Position numbers and translations under genes: made by a program. Source: Podospora anserina (Eukaryota). Taken from it: a stretch of 64,000 nt of DNA. Below are positions 48,086 through 61,149 of the stretch, piece by piece. How positions within the stretch are numbered: position 1 is the stretch's first letter; each line of letters begins with the position of its first letter. The notes beneath the pieces are model-generated. The model had not been told where the DNA came from. It saw nothing but the letters and a program-made list of their open reading frames with translations, and searched no databases. The DNA is taken from NCBI GenBank assembly GCA_017654855.1, contig CM030335.1, positions 496,001 through 560,000 of the forward strand, written 5' to 3'.

Positions 48086-49201
48086 TCAGAAAGACACCAT
48101 TGGTAACCTCTTCGCGGCAAAATACGCCCAGTAAAACACAGCATTGTCCCGCGATGGCGTTCCCACCAAATCCTCAGCCAGCGCAGCCAACACCCAGTCA
48201 GTGTAAAAGGCAAACAGAACGCTCAACATGAACACAGCAACTCCTGTCGCTGCCAGACAACCGACTCCCACAATCCCCACGCATCCTCCACTTCCGCTCA
48301 TCATCAGCCATGACAGGACAATCGCCACCAGGACCATCAGGAGCACAACACCCCCAAACACCCCAGTAATGATCCTCAACTGCTGGTTCCCCATGATATG
48401 CTTCGACACGATATTCATGATGCCCACAAACCCGACGACGACCCCAAGCACATACAACGGGACCCAATACCACACCCGATGATACCTCCCCTTCAGCCCT
48501 GGCAAATGATACCCATGCCATTCGTCGTCATCACCATCGTCCTCCCGCTGAGTCAATCTAACCCTACTCCCCGTTCCCATCGGCACTTTGAGAGGGTAGT
48601 AATGCCCCAAATGCACATCCGCCGCCGAAGTCCTCGGTCCAGGACGGTCATCCGTTGGTGTCCTCTGATACGTCGATTCGGGATAGTCATAGCCGTACCC
48701 ACCATCCCCATACGCAAAGTACCCTTGCTCCTCCTCCACAACCTTTGGCTGCTTTTCTTTCTTGGGCTCATCATGTGTCTCCAATGCCGCCTGGATGGTC
48801 ATGCCCGTTAATGTGACCGACAACACCAGCTTCCATACTGCGACCAAGATAAACGGCCATGTGCGTCGACATCTCGCCACGGTTAGTGATGTCAAGACAA
48901 GCGTAATGACAAACCCAATGGCAGCAACAGAGAGGTTGAACCGTCGATGTTTGAGCCGTTTCCAGACGAGAATTGGGTTTCTACCGCGGGAGAGCATATA
49001 CGCAGTGAAGTAGGTGAGAATGTGGCTGGCCATTCCGATGGCGCCGTAGGGGAGTGCGTAGCATTGGATTTGCTCCTGGACGGTGCCGCCGTCCTCGTAG
49101 GGGTCTTTGGAGAGCCATTCGCTCAGGCTAAACGCTTGACATGGGCGAATGAGCAGGGCTGTAGAGAAGAGGAAAAGATTTCGTATTGGTACTCTTGACA
49201 T
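48086..49201 (-). CDS. Hypothetical multi-pass membrane protein
   Basis: Signal-like N-terminus, QIQCYALPYGAIG..SHILTY, several TM segments, C-terminal FYTDWVL...YWAYFAAKRLP. Confidence 0.8.
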   Translation of the reverse strand: MSRVPIRNLFLFSTALLIRPCQAFSLSEWLSKDPYEDGGTVQEQIQCYALPYGAIGMASHILTYFTAYMLSRGRNPILVWKRLKHRRFNLSVAAIGFVITLVLTSLTVARCRRTWPFILVAVWKLVLSVTLTGMTIQAALETHDEPKKEKQPKVVEEEQGYFAYGDGGYGYDYPESTYQRTPTDDRPGPRTSAADVHLGHYYPLKVPMGTGSRVRLTQREDDGDDDEWHGYHLPGLKGRYHRVWYWVPLYVLGVVVGFVGIMNIVSKHIMGNQQLRIITGVFGGVVLLMVLVAIVLSWLMMSGSGGCVGIVGVGCLAATGVAVFMLSVLFAFYTDWVLAALAEDLVGTPSRDNAVFYWAYFAAKRLPMVSF

Positions 49202-49804
49202 TTTTTTTGGTATTTTCTAGAATGAAGCATGATGGCGCGACGCATCCAAAGTTGGGGATGGTGTTGTTTTAACCAACACAGCTCCCGTCCAGCTGGAGAT
49301 GGCTGCCTCTTGGTATTGGTCTTGGGATAGCCGGCCTGCATGATGGCGCCAGGGGCTCAAGAGAGAACCTCACAATGTGGTACCAGAGGTTTCCCTTGAA
49401 GGTGGGTGATGTTCAAAATGCGGCCAGAATTGCCAGGCATTTTGCCCAATTTGACTTGAGCTGCATGCCTCATTATGCAGATCGACTTTGCAGTTCTTAT
49501 ACACCTACGATCTCACCCATTCGCACAGAATCAAGGCCGTCTTCAAAGATCTCGCAAGGCTCTGTGCAACCCAACAATGCATGTCTCCCAGAGTGCACCC
49601 AGCGCATGCATAGCCGAAGCCACAGAAGTCGTGGTGTGCTTCATTGGCGCCAATGGTAGTCAACCCACGCTAAACACCCGGAGCAAATGCGGCACAGCCC
49701 CCTGTGATGGAGCAAGCGTTGATGGTTTGGAGGGCCAAGCCTCTATTGAAGTTTCACCGACTTATCAACTCTTCATTTGTGCTTCTCATTCACCGACGTT
49801 GATA

Positions 49805-50764
49805 TCAAATCTCTGGATAAACATCTCTGCACAGCGTCAGCGACTTCCACCGTGACACAAGGCAAGGAAAATACCCACATCCTCCGATTCAACGGCATTT
49901 CCCTCCTCACCTTGGCCAGCAGCTCCCTATCAATCACAGCAGTAGCAATCTCTGGCTCTGGATTGTCTTCTCCTTCACGCCCCTTGATCTCGGCCACGAT
50001 CTTGCCCCATGGATCAACAATCATGCTGTGCCCGTAACTAACCCTCTTCTCATTATGTCTCCCGACCTGCGCAGCAGCAACGGCATAAGACTGTGTCTCT
50101 ATCGCCCTCGCCCGTAAAAGCACTTCCCAATGTGCCTTTCCTGTTGGGACTGTAAAAGCAGAAGGATATGTGATGATCTCTGCGCCCCTTCGTCGCAACG
50201 CCAAACTCATCTCCGGGAAGCGCATCTTGCACGTTGTCAGCAAATGATCACTCTCCGGCATATAACGAGAAGACAAACATCAAAACAAATCGCACTCCCC
50301 ACCCTCCCCACCCCCTCTACGTCCCACACCTCCCCGACCTTCTCCCCCGCCTCAACCACTGCACTCTCCTTCAACACCGGCCCTCCGCTCTCCCCCAGGT
50401 CAACATCAAACAAGTGCACCTTCTGATAGGTATGAACAATGTGGCCGTTCTCATCTATCCAGATCACCGTGTTGCGGATCTTGGTCTTGGGGTCTGTCCA
50501 ACTTGGCTCGTGGATGCCAACGTGGATGGCCAGTTTGTGTTTTTTGGCTTCGGCGCGGAGGCCGGTGACGAACTCGGATTTGTTGGTGGGCTGGCAGAGG
50601 GAGAGGGACTCGGTGGGGGAGGAGGCAATGTAATCGGAGGCTTCGGGGAGGAAGAGGGCTTTGCAGTTGAGGGAGGCGGCACGGGCGATGAGGGTGCGGC
50701 ATTGGGTGAGGTTGTGGGGGAGGGAGGAGGTGGATGTCAGTTGGCCGATGGCTATGAGGGACAT
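49805..50764 (-). CDS. Carbon-nitrogen hydrolase, Nit family (deaminated glutathione amidase-like)
   Basis: LFLPEASD, YQKVHLFDV, ICFD|MRFPE, AHWEVLLRARAIETQ, SYGHSMIVDPWG; two introns; ends DVYPEI* at 49805. Confidence 0.93.
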
Positions 50765-52066
50765 TTTTTAGAAGACTTCCAGGTGTGAAATGAGGACGGC
50801 ACGAAGGAAGAAGGTAAAGAAAACCAATCCCGTGGGCTGAGTACAGGCCGAATGTGAACGAGTGAGATGAGGCTCTCAGTCAGTAGCTGTTTGTGTCGAT
50901 GTTGAGAGTGACAGAGAGCAAGCATCGGGCACTGTGGGGGAGCTCGCCCCGTTATCGGATTTGTGGGGCCGGCCCGGATAGCGACCTCTTCGGCTCCGGA
51001 GATGGCGTCATTTTGTTGGACACCAAACATGGTGAAAGTAATGGGGAGATTACTCTGTCGCATCACTTTTGCGGTGCAGACACTGGCCATTATCTTCCCC
51101 AGTTGGGATAGCTTCGGGTCGGGGCCTGGCATCACACTGCGAAGGGCGACGACATGAACCCCCTCAGCCACCTCAGCACCACTGCTCCAACATTACCCCT
51201 TTATCATTGCCTGGACAGTCGCCTGCAAATATGAAAGAAGTTTTTTCAATCGGCTTTGACTGATGAGCTGGAGGAAGAGCTGACAAAAGCGTGTCACCAT
51301 TCATCTCACCACCGGCAATCCATGGCACCAAATGAAGTCACATCATCCGGACCAGTAGCAAAAGGGAGGACCGGTTACGAGACTTCCAGTTTTATCATCT
51401 TCATCAAACCTCTGAAGCGACTTGTCAGTCTTCACCTGGTCCTAAATTGAATCGACTTGCGGTGGTGAAGCACAATGTGGGTCTGGGTCAACAACAATGC
51501 TAAGACGACAATCCTAAGAGCACACCCCAAACACACCATTGCGGCCACCACTGCGCCCAAATCAATGGTCTGTTTTTCACCACCAGACTTTCATTGTCCT
51601 AAACTCTGGTAGCATTATCCCGCCCGATCCGCGCCCTCTTAGAAGCCATGATGGGCTCCAAAATATGACCACGCAGCAACCTCGTGGCCAGGCTTGCTCC
51701 TGCTCCATTTCCACCAGATCCATTGCGATTGTTTACTACCAAGCAACAATCCTATGGAAAAGGAGAAGTATTTACATACAGCCTACCCACCATCCATTAT
51801 TTACTTTGCCATTCACCATCACCAGTTCCTCGGTCCTCAAATACTTCTCCAGCATGGGTTTCAAGCAGCTCTTTCTTTTCCACTAAACACCACAGCCAAC
51901 GTGGACTTCAGTCAAATCGACAACTCTCTTGATCTTTTTTTTGTCTAGAGCTGTGCCGCCTCGACATCAACGATCGCTTCACGGTATCCAGCCAAGCCCA
52001 CGCAAGTGCGCCTCAGCAACATCAACAACCCCCAAGATCAGGGAGATCAAGGACACTCTCTTCAAG

Positions 52067-53514
52067 ATGTCTACCCCAACCTCCACCACCCTCGCCCCGG
52101 GGCCTCCACCAACAAACTTCAACCCCTCAACCCAAACCTTCATCCTCCTCGCCCCGGCCCCCCCATCAGGCGAACTCGCCCCCGTCCCCCTCACCCCAAA
52201 GGAAGTCTCCGAAATCTACGCCGACGCCTCCTCCCTGTCGATCCTCTACGGCTCCCAAATCGGGGCCTGCATCTCCATCCTCGCCGTCGTCCTCCTCATG
52301 ACCCCCCTCCCACGATTCAAGCGCTGGCCGACAATTATCTCCATCCTTGCCCTCGCGCTCAACACGACGAGAATGGTCCTCCTCAGTTTGTTTTACCCGT
52401 CCTCCTGGGCGTCGCTGACGGCGCTTTTTCTCGGGGATTACTCGGCCGTCTCGCAGAACGATATCAATATCTCTGTTGTTGCCACGTTGTTGTCTGTCCC
52501 GGTCACGATGCTGATCTATGCCGCGCTGTTTGTGCAGGCGTGGAGTATGTTGAGTTTGTGGAGGGATGTGTGGAAGTGGCTTGCCGTTGGGGTGAGTATC
52601 GGGGTTGGGTTGGTCACTGTTGGGTTCAACTTTGCGGGTGCGGTTATTCAGGCTAGGGGGGTGTTGGGGATGACGGTGCCAAGGGACGGGGTGTGGGTGA
52701 GGCAGGTTTATTTGGGGATGATGACGGGGGGGATTTGCTGGTTTTGCTTCTTGTTTAATGTTAGGTTGGTGATGCATATGTGGGAGACTAGGAGTGTGCT
52801 GCCGGGGTGGAAGGGGTTGAAGGCGATGGATGTGTTGGTTATTTGTAATGGGGTGTTGATGTTTGTGCCCGGTACGTCTTTTGTGGTTGTTTGTCTTTGG
52901 GTGGGTGGACGGGACTGACAAAAGAAATAGTGGTCTTCGCAGCATTGGAGTTCGCCTCCTTCACCAACTTTGAATCGGCCTCTTTGACGCAGACGTCTGT
53001 TATTGTTGTTCTTCCCCTTGGGGTGTTGGTCGCGCAACGGCTTGCTGCGGCACCGTCACGATACGCCTCGCCGACTGGCACAACCACCGACATGACCGGC
53101 AGCTCAAGCATGGGCTCCAACCCCCGATCGAGAAACCAAACCTCCAGCATGGCCACCCAGCGTCCACTCCTCAGTCACGACCGTCGTGGCAGCGCAGCCT
53201 CCTACAACGCCCACGGCTTCCAAGGCAAGAACCACGTTGCTGTTTCTGCTGACCAACAACAATGCCCCCGCCGTCACACCAGAAAGGACCACCCCGACGA
53301 TTTGATCATGGAGGAGGAGAAGCCGAGCAGTCAGCACCACAGCCCTTTTTCGCCTTTGTCACCTACGTTTGGAGAGAAGGGAGGCGCTGGTTTGAGGATG
53401 CCAGATGCCGCTGGGCAGGAAAATAACAACGGGGGTGTGATGGTTGAGAGGGAGATTAGGGTGGAGAGGGACGGCTTGAGCGCGGCGGAGGTGAGAAACT
53501 CGGATGGCTCGTAG
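52067..53514 (+). CDS. pre2: Ste2-type (alpha-factor-like) pheromone receptor
   Basis: FNPSTQTF, ILYGSQIGA, seven hydrophobic segments, LVICNGVLMFVP|VVFAALEF, TSVIVVLPLG; exons 52067-52871 and 52931-53514. Confidence 0.9.
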
Positions 53515-54039
53515 AGCGGGACCAGTCTGATGTCGCTGAGGTCGTTGAGGAGTCCCAGGAGTCCGAGGTGGATAGTTTGAGACGGATGGGAGACAAAATG
53601 GGCGGGGTTGTTTATTCGTTTCATTCCTGGTGGTAGTTTGGTAATTATCTTCTTGTTTCTTCAGAAACATCTTTTTCTTTTCTTCGCGGTGTGATGTCGG
53701 TCGGTATTGTGATACTGTGCTTGTTGCACATGGATGTACTTATACCCTAGTTTGCAATTTTTGATGGGGAATATCCGATTTCAATGGTACCACCTGACTT
53801 AATCATGACATGGTGATTGGTGTTGTGAGGTGTGATGTCTGGAAGCATCGTGAAGTGAAGGCATTTCTAGCCCCAAATCATTAAATGACTTTGAGTTCAT
53901 ATGACTGTACCAAAAAATATACAGCCCTTAATGACAAAAGTCTATCTTCATTTCATATGAAGTATCTTGCACCTGCACCTCTGCGTCCCATCGCATCTCA
54001 ATCATGACGCATAGCTCGAGCCCAGATCACCATCGAACT

Positions 54040-54151
54040 GGTTGTTTGGCCGAGCGGTCTAAGGCGGTAGACTCAAGATAACATCTTCCACTTAGAAATG
54101 AATGGTATTCTACTCTCGAAAGAGGCGTGAGTTCGAATCTCACAGCAATCA
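54040..54151 (+). tRNA. tRNA-Leu(CAA) with intron
   Basis: GGTTGTT-TGGCCGAGCGGTCTAAGGC-GGTAGA-CT-CAA-GA...intron...TTCTAC, long variable arm CTC-GAAA-GAG, GTGAG-TTCGAAT-CTCAC, AGCAATC-A. Confidence 0.93.
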
Positions 54152-55340
54152 TCACTTTTTGCACCACCTCCACTAACGGTGGAGGCTTTCTCGCTGGGTG
54201 CCACCTGTGGGATTCGGTAGATAATGGTGTTGGGAAACAAGTCAGATCTATGCAAATGGGAGCATGAGGTTACAAGATAGCTTGGTTTGTTACTTGGATC
54301 TTCACGAAGGTGTAAGAGCTGTTTGCCTGGGGTTGACAGAGACTAGTGGCGAGAGAAGTGCTTATCCTTGAGTAGAAGATTTAGGGGCCTTAAGGAAAAC
54401 CTTTTCAGATACTTGGATGCTTGAACATATATGTCTTAAAGTCGTTCAGAGAAAGAAGAGATACTAGTTGATGGATGATGAAAAGTCTTTTCAAGATGCT
54501 CGAAAGAATTGCGACTTAAATGAGAAGCAGTAAAGGGGCAGACCGACACTATAAGAAAATTAAAGATGACGCGCGCCTTTGCTATTCTCTCTTACTTCTC
54601 CCTCTTTGGATAACCTATAGTGGCTCTCCAGGTTGTTACGTGCGGTCAACGTGATTCTTACCTTATCAGTTGATGGCGGGCAGGATGCGCTAATGGCAAG
54701 GTGCATGAACCGACATGTCAAACTGCGATTTCTCACAGAGACGTGCGATCAACAACGTCGTCGTGCAGCTCTAGTTTTCGTTTTGCACCATGCAGATGTG
54801 CCACTAGATGCATCCCCAATTGGCTCGGATGGAATCGGCCCCCGCGTTCATGGCCCCGGCGGCGACTACACATCCCATTTCTCTCGGGCACCTCACTGCC
54901 AGATCTTCCAGAGGCCGAGTACATAACCGAGTCCGGTGGCGGTGACGGTCTCTCGTCCGATCCCTGCGTCAACCCTAACCCATATCAGGACCCAACAAGC
55001 AAAAAGGAAAAGAGACACTTCTTGAAAATGCCAGGCACGAGTGGCACGTCGAGATGCCAAGGCAGGGTTCAAGACATGTCTGTCAGTCAAACGTGGATCA
55101 GCCCACAAGTGACTTGTCAGAGACAGACCGGCGATTTCGGAGCCCGTGATTGGCTGTGGCTGTCTTTGTGTGCCCCAAAATGAAAGGACCCGGGGAAGCA
55201 GCAGAAGCAACGTGGGTTGCCCCCATACCCACCGCCAGCCAGCGCGACTGGCACACAAACAGGGCTCCAGGTCTCCGGCAGTGATTGCTCCTTATAAGGC
55301 GTGCCGGTTCCCAACCCGCATCACGCCTCTCACCAGACAA

Positions 55341-55360
55341 ACACACACACACACACACAC
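55341..55360. repeat. (AC)10 microsatellite upstream of the bHLH gene
   Basis: Directly visible. Confidence 0.9.
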
Positions 55361-55486
55361 CCAAACGCTGTCGTTTTTGGTCGAGGAGGGATTGTATTCT
55401 GACGCCCGCGCTGTTTCTAGACAGTTGCCCGTTACGTCAGGAACATTCGTCTCAAGGAAGAGCCAAGGAGAGGAAGAATGGCGACC

Positions 55487-56661
55487 ATGAACCCGACGGC
55501 TGTTTGGGGTACTGATCCCGAGAGGGGCCAGGCCCTGATGATGGGGGTGCACGGGCTCTCAACCAGATGCCCAACTGTGAGTCCATCCTGGTGGTGTCCC
55601 ATCCAATGAATGCGGGGAGAGCGTTTGGCTGACAAGAAATCCGACAGACAGCGCCCAACGTCAACTTGTACTTTTCCAATCTTGCCACGGTGGGAGCCGG
55701 CACTGATGAATGGGGTCTCGCACCAGCAGCATGCCAGATTCCCAGTTTTTCGGGCCCGCATCCGCACACGGCGCCCTTTGGTTTCCATTATGTCCCTGAC
55801 GATCCTGGAGGCTGCTTCACCACAACACCACCGCTCCCCGCCTTCCAACCGCCTGGTGTCACCAGCCACCCCTCTTGTCCCATCACCACCTCGTCCTCCA
55901 GCACCGGACAGTTTGGAAACAACTCGTCCGGAAATGGCTATTTTGCCCATCACAACCCTGTTGCCCCTGTCACGTGGACGGCAGAAACCGACAAAGTCAC
56001 CACCAGCATAAGCGAGCGCGAGCGCAGCCTCTTCCCTTTCCAGCACCAGCTGCAGCCAGGTGACACCACCATTCGCACCACCGACGCCTCGTCGTTCTCG
56101 TCGGCTTCAACCCACAGCCCGTTGCACTCACCGACTTTTACCGCGAGTCCCGGAGGAAGAAATGTCTCATGGTCCGCTTCATCGTGTGCTTCGTCGCCAC
56201 CACCACCTTGTGAAAAGAGCGGTGATGATTATTTTGCCTCTACCGCCACCATCGTCCCCATGGATGCCGGCAACGTCTCCTCGATTACCACCCAGCAAAT
56301 CCCTCTCAAACCCAGCAGCCGCGTGATTGCAGCTTCCCCGTTGACTGCGCCGAGCCAGACGCAGACGTTGGAGGAATACGAAAGCAGTCGACGGTTGTGG
56401 CACAACCAGATTGGCAAGAAGTACCGGACTAAGCTGAATGAGCAGTTTGAGAACCTGCAGCTTGTTTTGCGGCTGTATGATGAGGATGGGGAGGACACCG
56501 ACACAGAGGGTCCGAACATCAATGTCAAGGGGCGGTCTATCAACAAGGCTAAATTGTTGGACATGGCGAGGCAGAAGTTGGAGGAGTTGAGGAATGAGAG
56601 GAAGGCTTGGAGGCAGGAGAAGAGGGCGTTGATGGAGAACTTGGGGATGAGTGAGGAGTAA
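55487..56661 (+). CDS. bHLH transcription factor
   Basis: Exons 55487-55576 and 55648-56661; RRLWHNQIGKKYRTKLNEQFENL...INKAKLLDMARQKLEEL followed by a short zipper. Confidence 0.85.
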
Positions 56662-58447
56662 TGGACGTGAGGTGGGTAGACTGGACGCTCATTTTGGGTA
56701 ATTCGGTGGGAGAGGGGGACGTCGCTCTTTTGTGATGCCAAAGGAAGGAAAGGAGAGACAGCAGCTTACAGATAGATGGATGCTCGGTTTGGTGTGTGCG
56801 TTTTTTTTAAGGCTGAGCTGCCGATGTAAAGACCTGATAGTTTGTAGATCAGACTGCAGGAATACGATGAGCTCTCTTTCTAAGCTTTTTGTTTGGGTTT
56901 TTGTTGGTTCTGAGGTGGTGTCAACTTTGGCTAAGACGGCACGGGGATTAGTGAAAGAATGAAGAGATGAGGTAAGAAAAGAGTCACAAGAAAAAGAAGA
57001 AAGAGATAATCTGGGGAGGAAGGAGATAATCTGGGGAGGAAAGAGATATGCTAGAGGTGATAATGACTCAATAGTTAATCTTAATCTCATTGTCGATGGT
57101 TATTGGGGTGTTGTTATTCCAGCGATGCCTCTTGTGCTCTTTTAGATACATGTCTTATACGTGATAATTTATAAATTCCCCATCAGTGACTCGAGGACTG
57201 TAAGTGGCTCTTACTAGTAAGCAGGCTTGCCCAAGACGGCCAAACCTTCAAATTGTGTCGCCATAGAGCGAAGGTCTCAATGCTTCCGCAACCTGGAAGG
57301 CTTTCATTCTCAAAGAGAACTCAGGATCTTCAACCACTATCATAGAGAGGTTGAATCAGGTCAATTATTTCGCGAAATAACCTAGTGGATTGTGAGTGCA
57401 CGTGCAAGACGTTGAGGTTGAGCATCTCAGCAAAACTGCCCGTAGGTAACTTCTGGGTACGACCTCCACCTATCTGCAAGTGCCTGTACAGCGGATCGCT
57501 CGACATATCCTTTTTGGTTCTCACATTATGCCATTTCGGTGCCTAAAGTGCAACCTGAAAGAATTCGGTGCCGACTTGGTGAACATCCATTGACTTGTGT
57601 TTAGGTTACCTACCGACACACTTTTAAGTTGTAGGCATGGTGATTGTGAGACCAGGCAGGCCAACCGCCGTTTCACATGTGACGAGATAGGGGGTAGGTT
57701 TTTTTGGCTCCAAAAGACATATTTGCGTTGAAACCTGACTGTGCTTAGAGTGGATAGAAGCAGAAGTCCTGCGGGCAACCATATGGCGATGTGAGGCTGT
57801 ATTTTAAATCCGAGATAGAGGCGAGACCTCGAGGTGCGAACCTGTGGGGATACGGGGGTAACACAGCTGTCACACTTACCTTTATATCTCCATGTGCTAC
57901 GATGAAACAAACATAGTTCCGAGGTTGCTACGTATTTACCTTGGAACAGGCACCTAGGCAAGGCTTGACTACCGACGCCCGTCGGTCCCGGCTTCATGTG
58001 AGGTTTCTCAAGGCTGGCAATAAGCGGCTGTCGAAATGGAAGCAGCTAGTTTGTGGAAGAGGAGAGCACATGTCGGTTTGGTGGTTCATAAGCCATTCTC
58101 CCTTAAGACAAGACTGCAGGGCCTGCCACAATAGTTAGGTAGAAGCACAAGGGCCGATACGGTGTACAACAGTAACGGATGCGTTTAATGTGTCATTGCG
58201 CCTGGTAAATCGAAAAGGCCTTGTGGCGAGGGGACGAAAGATATCGGTTCGTCAAAGGACGTACAGGTTAAACAGTGTAACAGGCTAACGAACCGGAGTA
58301 CAGCAATGAGCTATGACACAAGGATCGTTGCTGGAATTGAAGGTCAACTGAGCCCTGAGGGCTGTCGTTTAGAGTTCCATACTAACCATAGTATTTATTT
58401 AATATAAATTTAGAGTTCACAAGGTAATCTGATGGCTTGCGGACCCT

Positions 58448-58952
58448 TGTTCGAACCACCACCAAGAGAGCGAAAATAACGTAAGAATCCTCACATAGAA
58501 CCAGCCTAATCCATAACAGCACAAGAAACTATCTGTAGAAGGCCTAAAGCCTCGTGTCACGAATATGATGTGGACACCCGCAAAGAACAACCAATAGGGA
58601 AGAGGAGGCACGGCAGCCAATCAAGAGAAAGGAGGATGGACCAGTAAGAGGTGGATCATCCGGGACATAAAGGAATCATAAGCGATTCCCAGGAATCACT
58701 CATGATCCTTAGGAGTCGGTCATGATCCGGGGAGAAACAGAATGATCCAGGCTTGGCATTAGGTCTATATATACGGAGGAACTAGATAGCTTGCAGATAG
58801 TTCCGCAGTATGCAATTCACAATTGTATTCACGGTATCTTGTGTTTACATTGAGACATCTTGTTGTGCACTGTTTAGCTGCACCGAACCAATTGTCAGAA
58901 GTTACCTTCAACCCGTATCCCTTTCAGAGGTTCTGTACAGGGGTTCGTCACA
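58448..58952. mobile_element. Possible solo LTR (~500 bp)
   Basis: Begins TGTTCGAACC and ends GGTTCGTCACA (TG...CA with imperfect terminal inverted repeat); internal TATATATA; abuts RIP-like DNA; no target-site duplication seen. Confidence 0.45.
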
Positions 58953-58959
58953 CGAAGCG

Positions 58960-59710
58960 AGCGAAAACGAGGGTAATAAGAGTAGAGAAGAGGGCGAAGA
59001 ATTAAATGGAGAGGAGACCGACTTATAATTAGAAAGTAATAAAGACGAGAAGAAGGTAAAAAAAAAATTATAGAGATAGCGTATAGAGAAAGGCCGCAAA
59101 GTAAACTTAGGACGAAGAAAGGCGGTATAGTAAAGTAAAGGTTCGAAGCAAATGTAGGATTTCTTAATATACTGGTTTTGTTTTCTGATTTCTTATTATC
59201 TAAATTATTTATATTTAATATATCTTTCTTTATTTATTAAGTTAGTTAAATATCTATAGCAATAAGTCTTGCAATTAATATTATAATATTATTCGTAATA
59301 CTACCTAGATATAAGTCTATGTAGGGGTTAAAAGCAAAGCGAGCTAACTCTAGCTAAAAACGTATTCCGTAAGCCACTCTACATTGGTAGCCAATATTAC
59401 TCTAGCTTAGCGCTCTATCTTTCCTATTTAGCGGTACTATACGTATTATATACGAGTTCCTTTAAGTCGGGAATCAAACCTTCGGCCAGGTCCTAAATCT
59501 CAACCTTTATTAGCTCCCACTCTATAATAATACTCAAGTTCCCCCCGAGTGTTAAGCTCGATCCGACCTATCGTAGCGGGCCAGTAGTTTATCATCTTCA
59601 CCTTATATTATTTAAAAGCTTTGAAAGTTTTAGACACCCTTTTACGCTTTATTGGTGCGTTCGACTGTAGCCTAGCATCGTACAATAAGCCCTCGGAACT
59701 AGCTAAACAA
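58960..59710. mobile_element. AT-rich, TpA-enriched relic consistent with a RIP-mutated repeat
   Basis: Sharp drop in GC, many TA and few CA/TG dinucleotides by eye; a charged reading frame riddled with TAA/TAG. Confidence 0.7.
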
Positions 59711-60149
59711 TGGGCGAATCCTGCGGTTAGTGGAGTCGTAATTTCCTAAAGGCACCGAAAGATGTAGGTTCACTCTCAGGCAGGATAGAGCCATCTTGTC
59801 TTTCTATCACCCTTCCTTTTTGTTCTGTTCATTAGCGTTCGACTGAACAGTATAGCCGTAGAAAGAATACTTACTATTGTTGTTCCCGCTCGACCGATGA
59901 TCTGCAGCTACCTTTTTAGGAAGATCTTGTTGTAGTCCGGACTTGTTCATAACAGTGACATGACTGTTAGCACTGGACGAGGGGGTTGTGGTAGTTCTAT
60001 CACGTTCTTGCTTCCTTAGGATCCTGTCCAAGATATTCTTACGATCATCAGGACCAAGTTTTCTCGTTGCCTCTTGCAAAAATTTTTGTATCCTTTAACC
60101 ATTTGAGCAGGCCCTAATTTTTGGAGCGGCTCACATGCCATGGGAAGGT

Positions 60150-61149
60150 TTGTGATGTTCTCAAGGGACCGCTGAGTCAACGCGGATGGATGCTCCAGGA
60201 GCATGCGCTGTCGAGGAGGGCGCTATTCTTTACTGAGAAGCAGACTTATTGGGAGTGTGGTGAGGGTGTCATGTGTCAGAGTATGACGAGGATGAAAAAG
60301 TGAGTCCACTATCCAAGCAACCCCTGAACCCCTATTTCGGACCCACTTCCCCCCTGTTTGCTAACAAGACTCTTTCACAGCCAACTCGCGATGTTTCTTG
60401 GTGACCCCAACTTTCCCAACCTAATCTCCAAAGACTCGCAGGGCGAGAAAATACAGCGGTATCAAAAGCTGCATGTATTTACTCGCACCTGTCGCTAACC
60501 AACAGCTTTGACCGTCCTCTCGCTGTCGATGGCCTACAAGACCGCATCTTATCCGCGCTCAAGGCAAAGGGTGGCTTTGGTGTGTTTGATGAGGGACCTG
60601 AGAAGAAGGGACTGCTCAGGAGGACCTTACTCTGGATTCGGGGCAGGGACACGGAGAAGATGGTCAGGATCAAGTTTGGTGTCGAGCAAGCCATTAGCTT
60701 TGTGCCTTCCTGGTCGTGCATGGCTTTATGAAGGAGGGATAGAGTACATCAGTCCGCCGTTTGGGGAGATCCAGTGGTATGAACTGACGAGTCTCTGGTT
60801 TGGCGACGCGCGGAGCCTTTCTCCGGCTAGCGATGGGAGGGGGGCTCACAGTCAAGGGTCGTTATTTGCTAAAGCTAGGGACTATGACGTTTCAAGTGCG
60901 GGGGATGGGGAAAGGAGGATTGAAATGGATAGTCCTGGGGGTTCGGAGCAGAAGGAGACGAAGTGTGTGGGTTTAGGGTCAACGAGGTCCGTGATGCTTG
61001 AGGAGGGGGTGTGTTATGTTATTTTTGTTCGCGCAGCTGGGAGAATCGGGTGGAACGGTGGCGGAGAGAAGATGCATGAGCGAGTTGGTGCTGGTTCCGT
61101 GTCTGGGAAATGTATCATTGGCAGGCCCACGAGAGTGATTATTCAATAG
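60150..61149 (+). pseudogene. 5'-truncated HET/TOL-like pseudogene
   Basis: GPLSQRGWMLQEHALSRRALFFTEKQTYWECG, intron 60300-60380, FLGDPNFP, DRPLAVDGL, VPSWS, YEGGI; frameshifts near 60478 and 60725; HET N-terminal half absent. Confidence 0.85.

Noticed and set aside
57003-57048. 20-bp tandem duplication (also a 13-bp one at ~37689-37718)
   Set aside because: Simple two-copy slippage events with no spacers; not CRISPR-like.
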